Shown here: piece by piece, positions 63,022 through 64,000 of the stretch
Layout of the letters: every line of letters begins with the position of its first letter
Numbering within the stretch: the first letter of the stretch is position 1
Virus record (IMG/VR): IMGVR_UViG_3300031450_000090
Reading direction: 5' to 3' (one strand)
DNA length: 64,000 bases
DNA from: a virus
Notes under the pieces: generated by a model
The model's database searches: none
What the model was told of the DNA's origin: nothing
Seen by the model: the letters and a program-made list of their open reading frames with translations, nothing else
Translations under genes and position numbers: made by a program

Positions 63022-63777
63022 ATGCCCTTCAACCGCAAGGTCTTCTTCGACCATATCCGCGCCGCGCCCTTCGGCGGCTCCCTGTCGGCCTCGCAGGTGA
63101 CGGGGGTCTCGGCCATCCTCGACGTGTGGGACAAGCGCGGCGGCAGCGACCCGCGCCACCTCGCCTATCCGCTCGCCACGACGTTTCACGAGACGGCCCG
63201 CACCATGCAGCCGATCGAGGAATACGGCCACGGCAAGGGTCGCGCCTACGGCGTGCCGGCCGGGCCCTGGCACCTCATCTACGACGGCCGCGGCGACGTG
63301 CAGCTGACCTGGGATGGAAATTACGCCAAGGCCACGACGCGACTCCGCGCGCTCGGCTTCGACGTCGACCTCGAGCACCATCCCGAACAGGCCATGCGGC
63401 CCGACGTGGCCGCCATGATCCTCATCGTCGGCATGGCCGAGGGTTGGTTCACGGGCTCCAACCTCGGCCATTGGTTCTCGCCGACCGTCGACGATCCGGT
63501 CAATGCCCGCCGCATCATCAACGGCACCGACAAGGCCGACGTGGTCGCCGGCTACCACCGGCATTTCCTGGCCGCCGTCAAGGCCGCCATGGCGGCGGGT
63601 GCCACCTCGGAGCTGGTCGCAGCGCGCATCCCGCCCAGGCCCGATCCGGCGGTGGTGCCCGCCCTCGCGGCGGCGATAACCGCCGCAGCGGCGAGACCGA
63701 AGCCTACTACGCCCACCCCTGCCGCGCCGGGCCTCTGGTCCCGCATGGTCGCGGCGCTGACCCGAAAGGCCGCCTGA
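63022..63777 (+). CDS. Endolysin, glycoside hydrolase family 19-like
   Basis: LAY.LATTFHET..TMQPIEEYG, YDGRG.VQLTW..NY, GM.EGWFTG..L, NARRIING.DKA. Confidence 0.88.
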   Translation: MPFNRKVFFDHIRAAPFGGSLSASQVTGVSAILDVWDKRGGSDPRHLAYPLATTFHETARTMQPIEEYGHGKGRAYGVPAGPWHLIYDGRGDVQLTWDGNYAKATTRLRALGFDVDLEHHPEQAMRPDVAAMILIVGMAEGWFTGSNLGHWFSPTVDDPVNARRIINGTDKADVVAGYHRHFLAAVKAAMAAGATSELVAARIPPRPDPAVVPALAAAITAAAARPKPTTPTPAAPGLWSRMVAALTRKAA

Positions 63778-63778
63778 C

Positions 63779-64000
63779 ATGAGCCTCGGCTTCGATCCCC
63801 TCACGCTCGTGCCGGTGGCCGAGTCCATGGCGCGGGCGGCGCTGCCGACGCTGTCGACCATCCTCGGTGCGGCCGTGCCGTTCCCGTTCAGCCTGTTCGT
63901 CGGCCCGGCCTTTGCGGCGATCGCGGCGGCGCTCGGCGACGATCCCGCGACCGCGACGCCGGCGACCGTCAAGGCCCGGATCGACGCCGATCCGGCCGCC
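63779..64000 (+). CDS. Holin-like membrane protein, truncated by the window end
   Basis: Starts 2 bp after the endolysin; LPTLSTILGAAVP....VGPAFAAIAAALG. Confidence 0.6.
   Translation, partial: MSLGFDPLTLVPVAESMARAALPTLSTILGAAVPFPFSLFVGPAFAAIAAALGDDPATATPATVKARIDADPAA

Noticed and set aside
1-64000. tRNA, rRNA, CtrA boxes (TTAA-N7-TTAA) and IS elements
   Set aside because: None recognised by eye; a tRNAscan/Rfam/ISfinder run would be needed to exclude them formally.

Overview
The whole 64 kb window is one apparently near-complete temperate phage or prophage of a high-GC bacterium. The host is probably an alphaproteobacterium, inferred from GTTC-N7-GTTC SOS boxes, GANTC-rich iterons and a RIME-like repeat. 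No host genes, att sites, tRNA/rRNA or CRISPR arrays were recognised. Layout from left to right: (1) leftward early operon (1-4815) with a partial P-loop ATPase, a ParB-like protein and small ORFs; (2) lambda-like immunity region in which matching operator sets at ~4873-4939 and ~8236-8309 bracket cI and a three-gene GHKL-kinase/STAS/membrane-protein module sitting where lambda has rexAB; (3) cro and a long, tightly coupled rightward early operon (8321-21136) with two adenine methyltransferases, an Acb2-like anti-CBASS protein, Gp37/Gp68, a frameshifted DUF1643, primase and SF3 helicase; (4) an iteron-bearing putative origin; (5) morons, a late regulator, a Cre-like tyrosine recombinase and a third methyltransferase; (6) a lambda-type head module; (7) a P2-type contractile tail module; (8) a GH19 endolysin and a truncated holin-like gene. 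The most unusual feature is a dispersed 28-bp dif/lox-like 11-6-11 element (consensus nCTkCCGATAA-N6-TTCCCGGAAGC) present nine times. Six copies lie in the same reading frame within the first codons of early accessory genes, and two flank a single small ORF. This suggests a recombinase-site gene-cassette system or a DNA-level regulatory mark. All family assignments come from motif recognition by eye, not from database searches.
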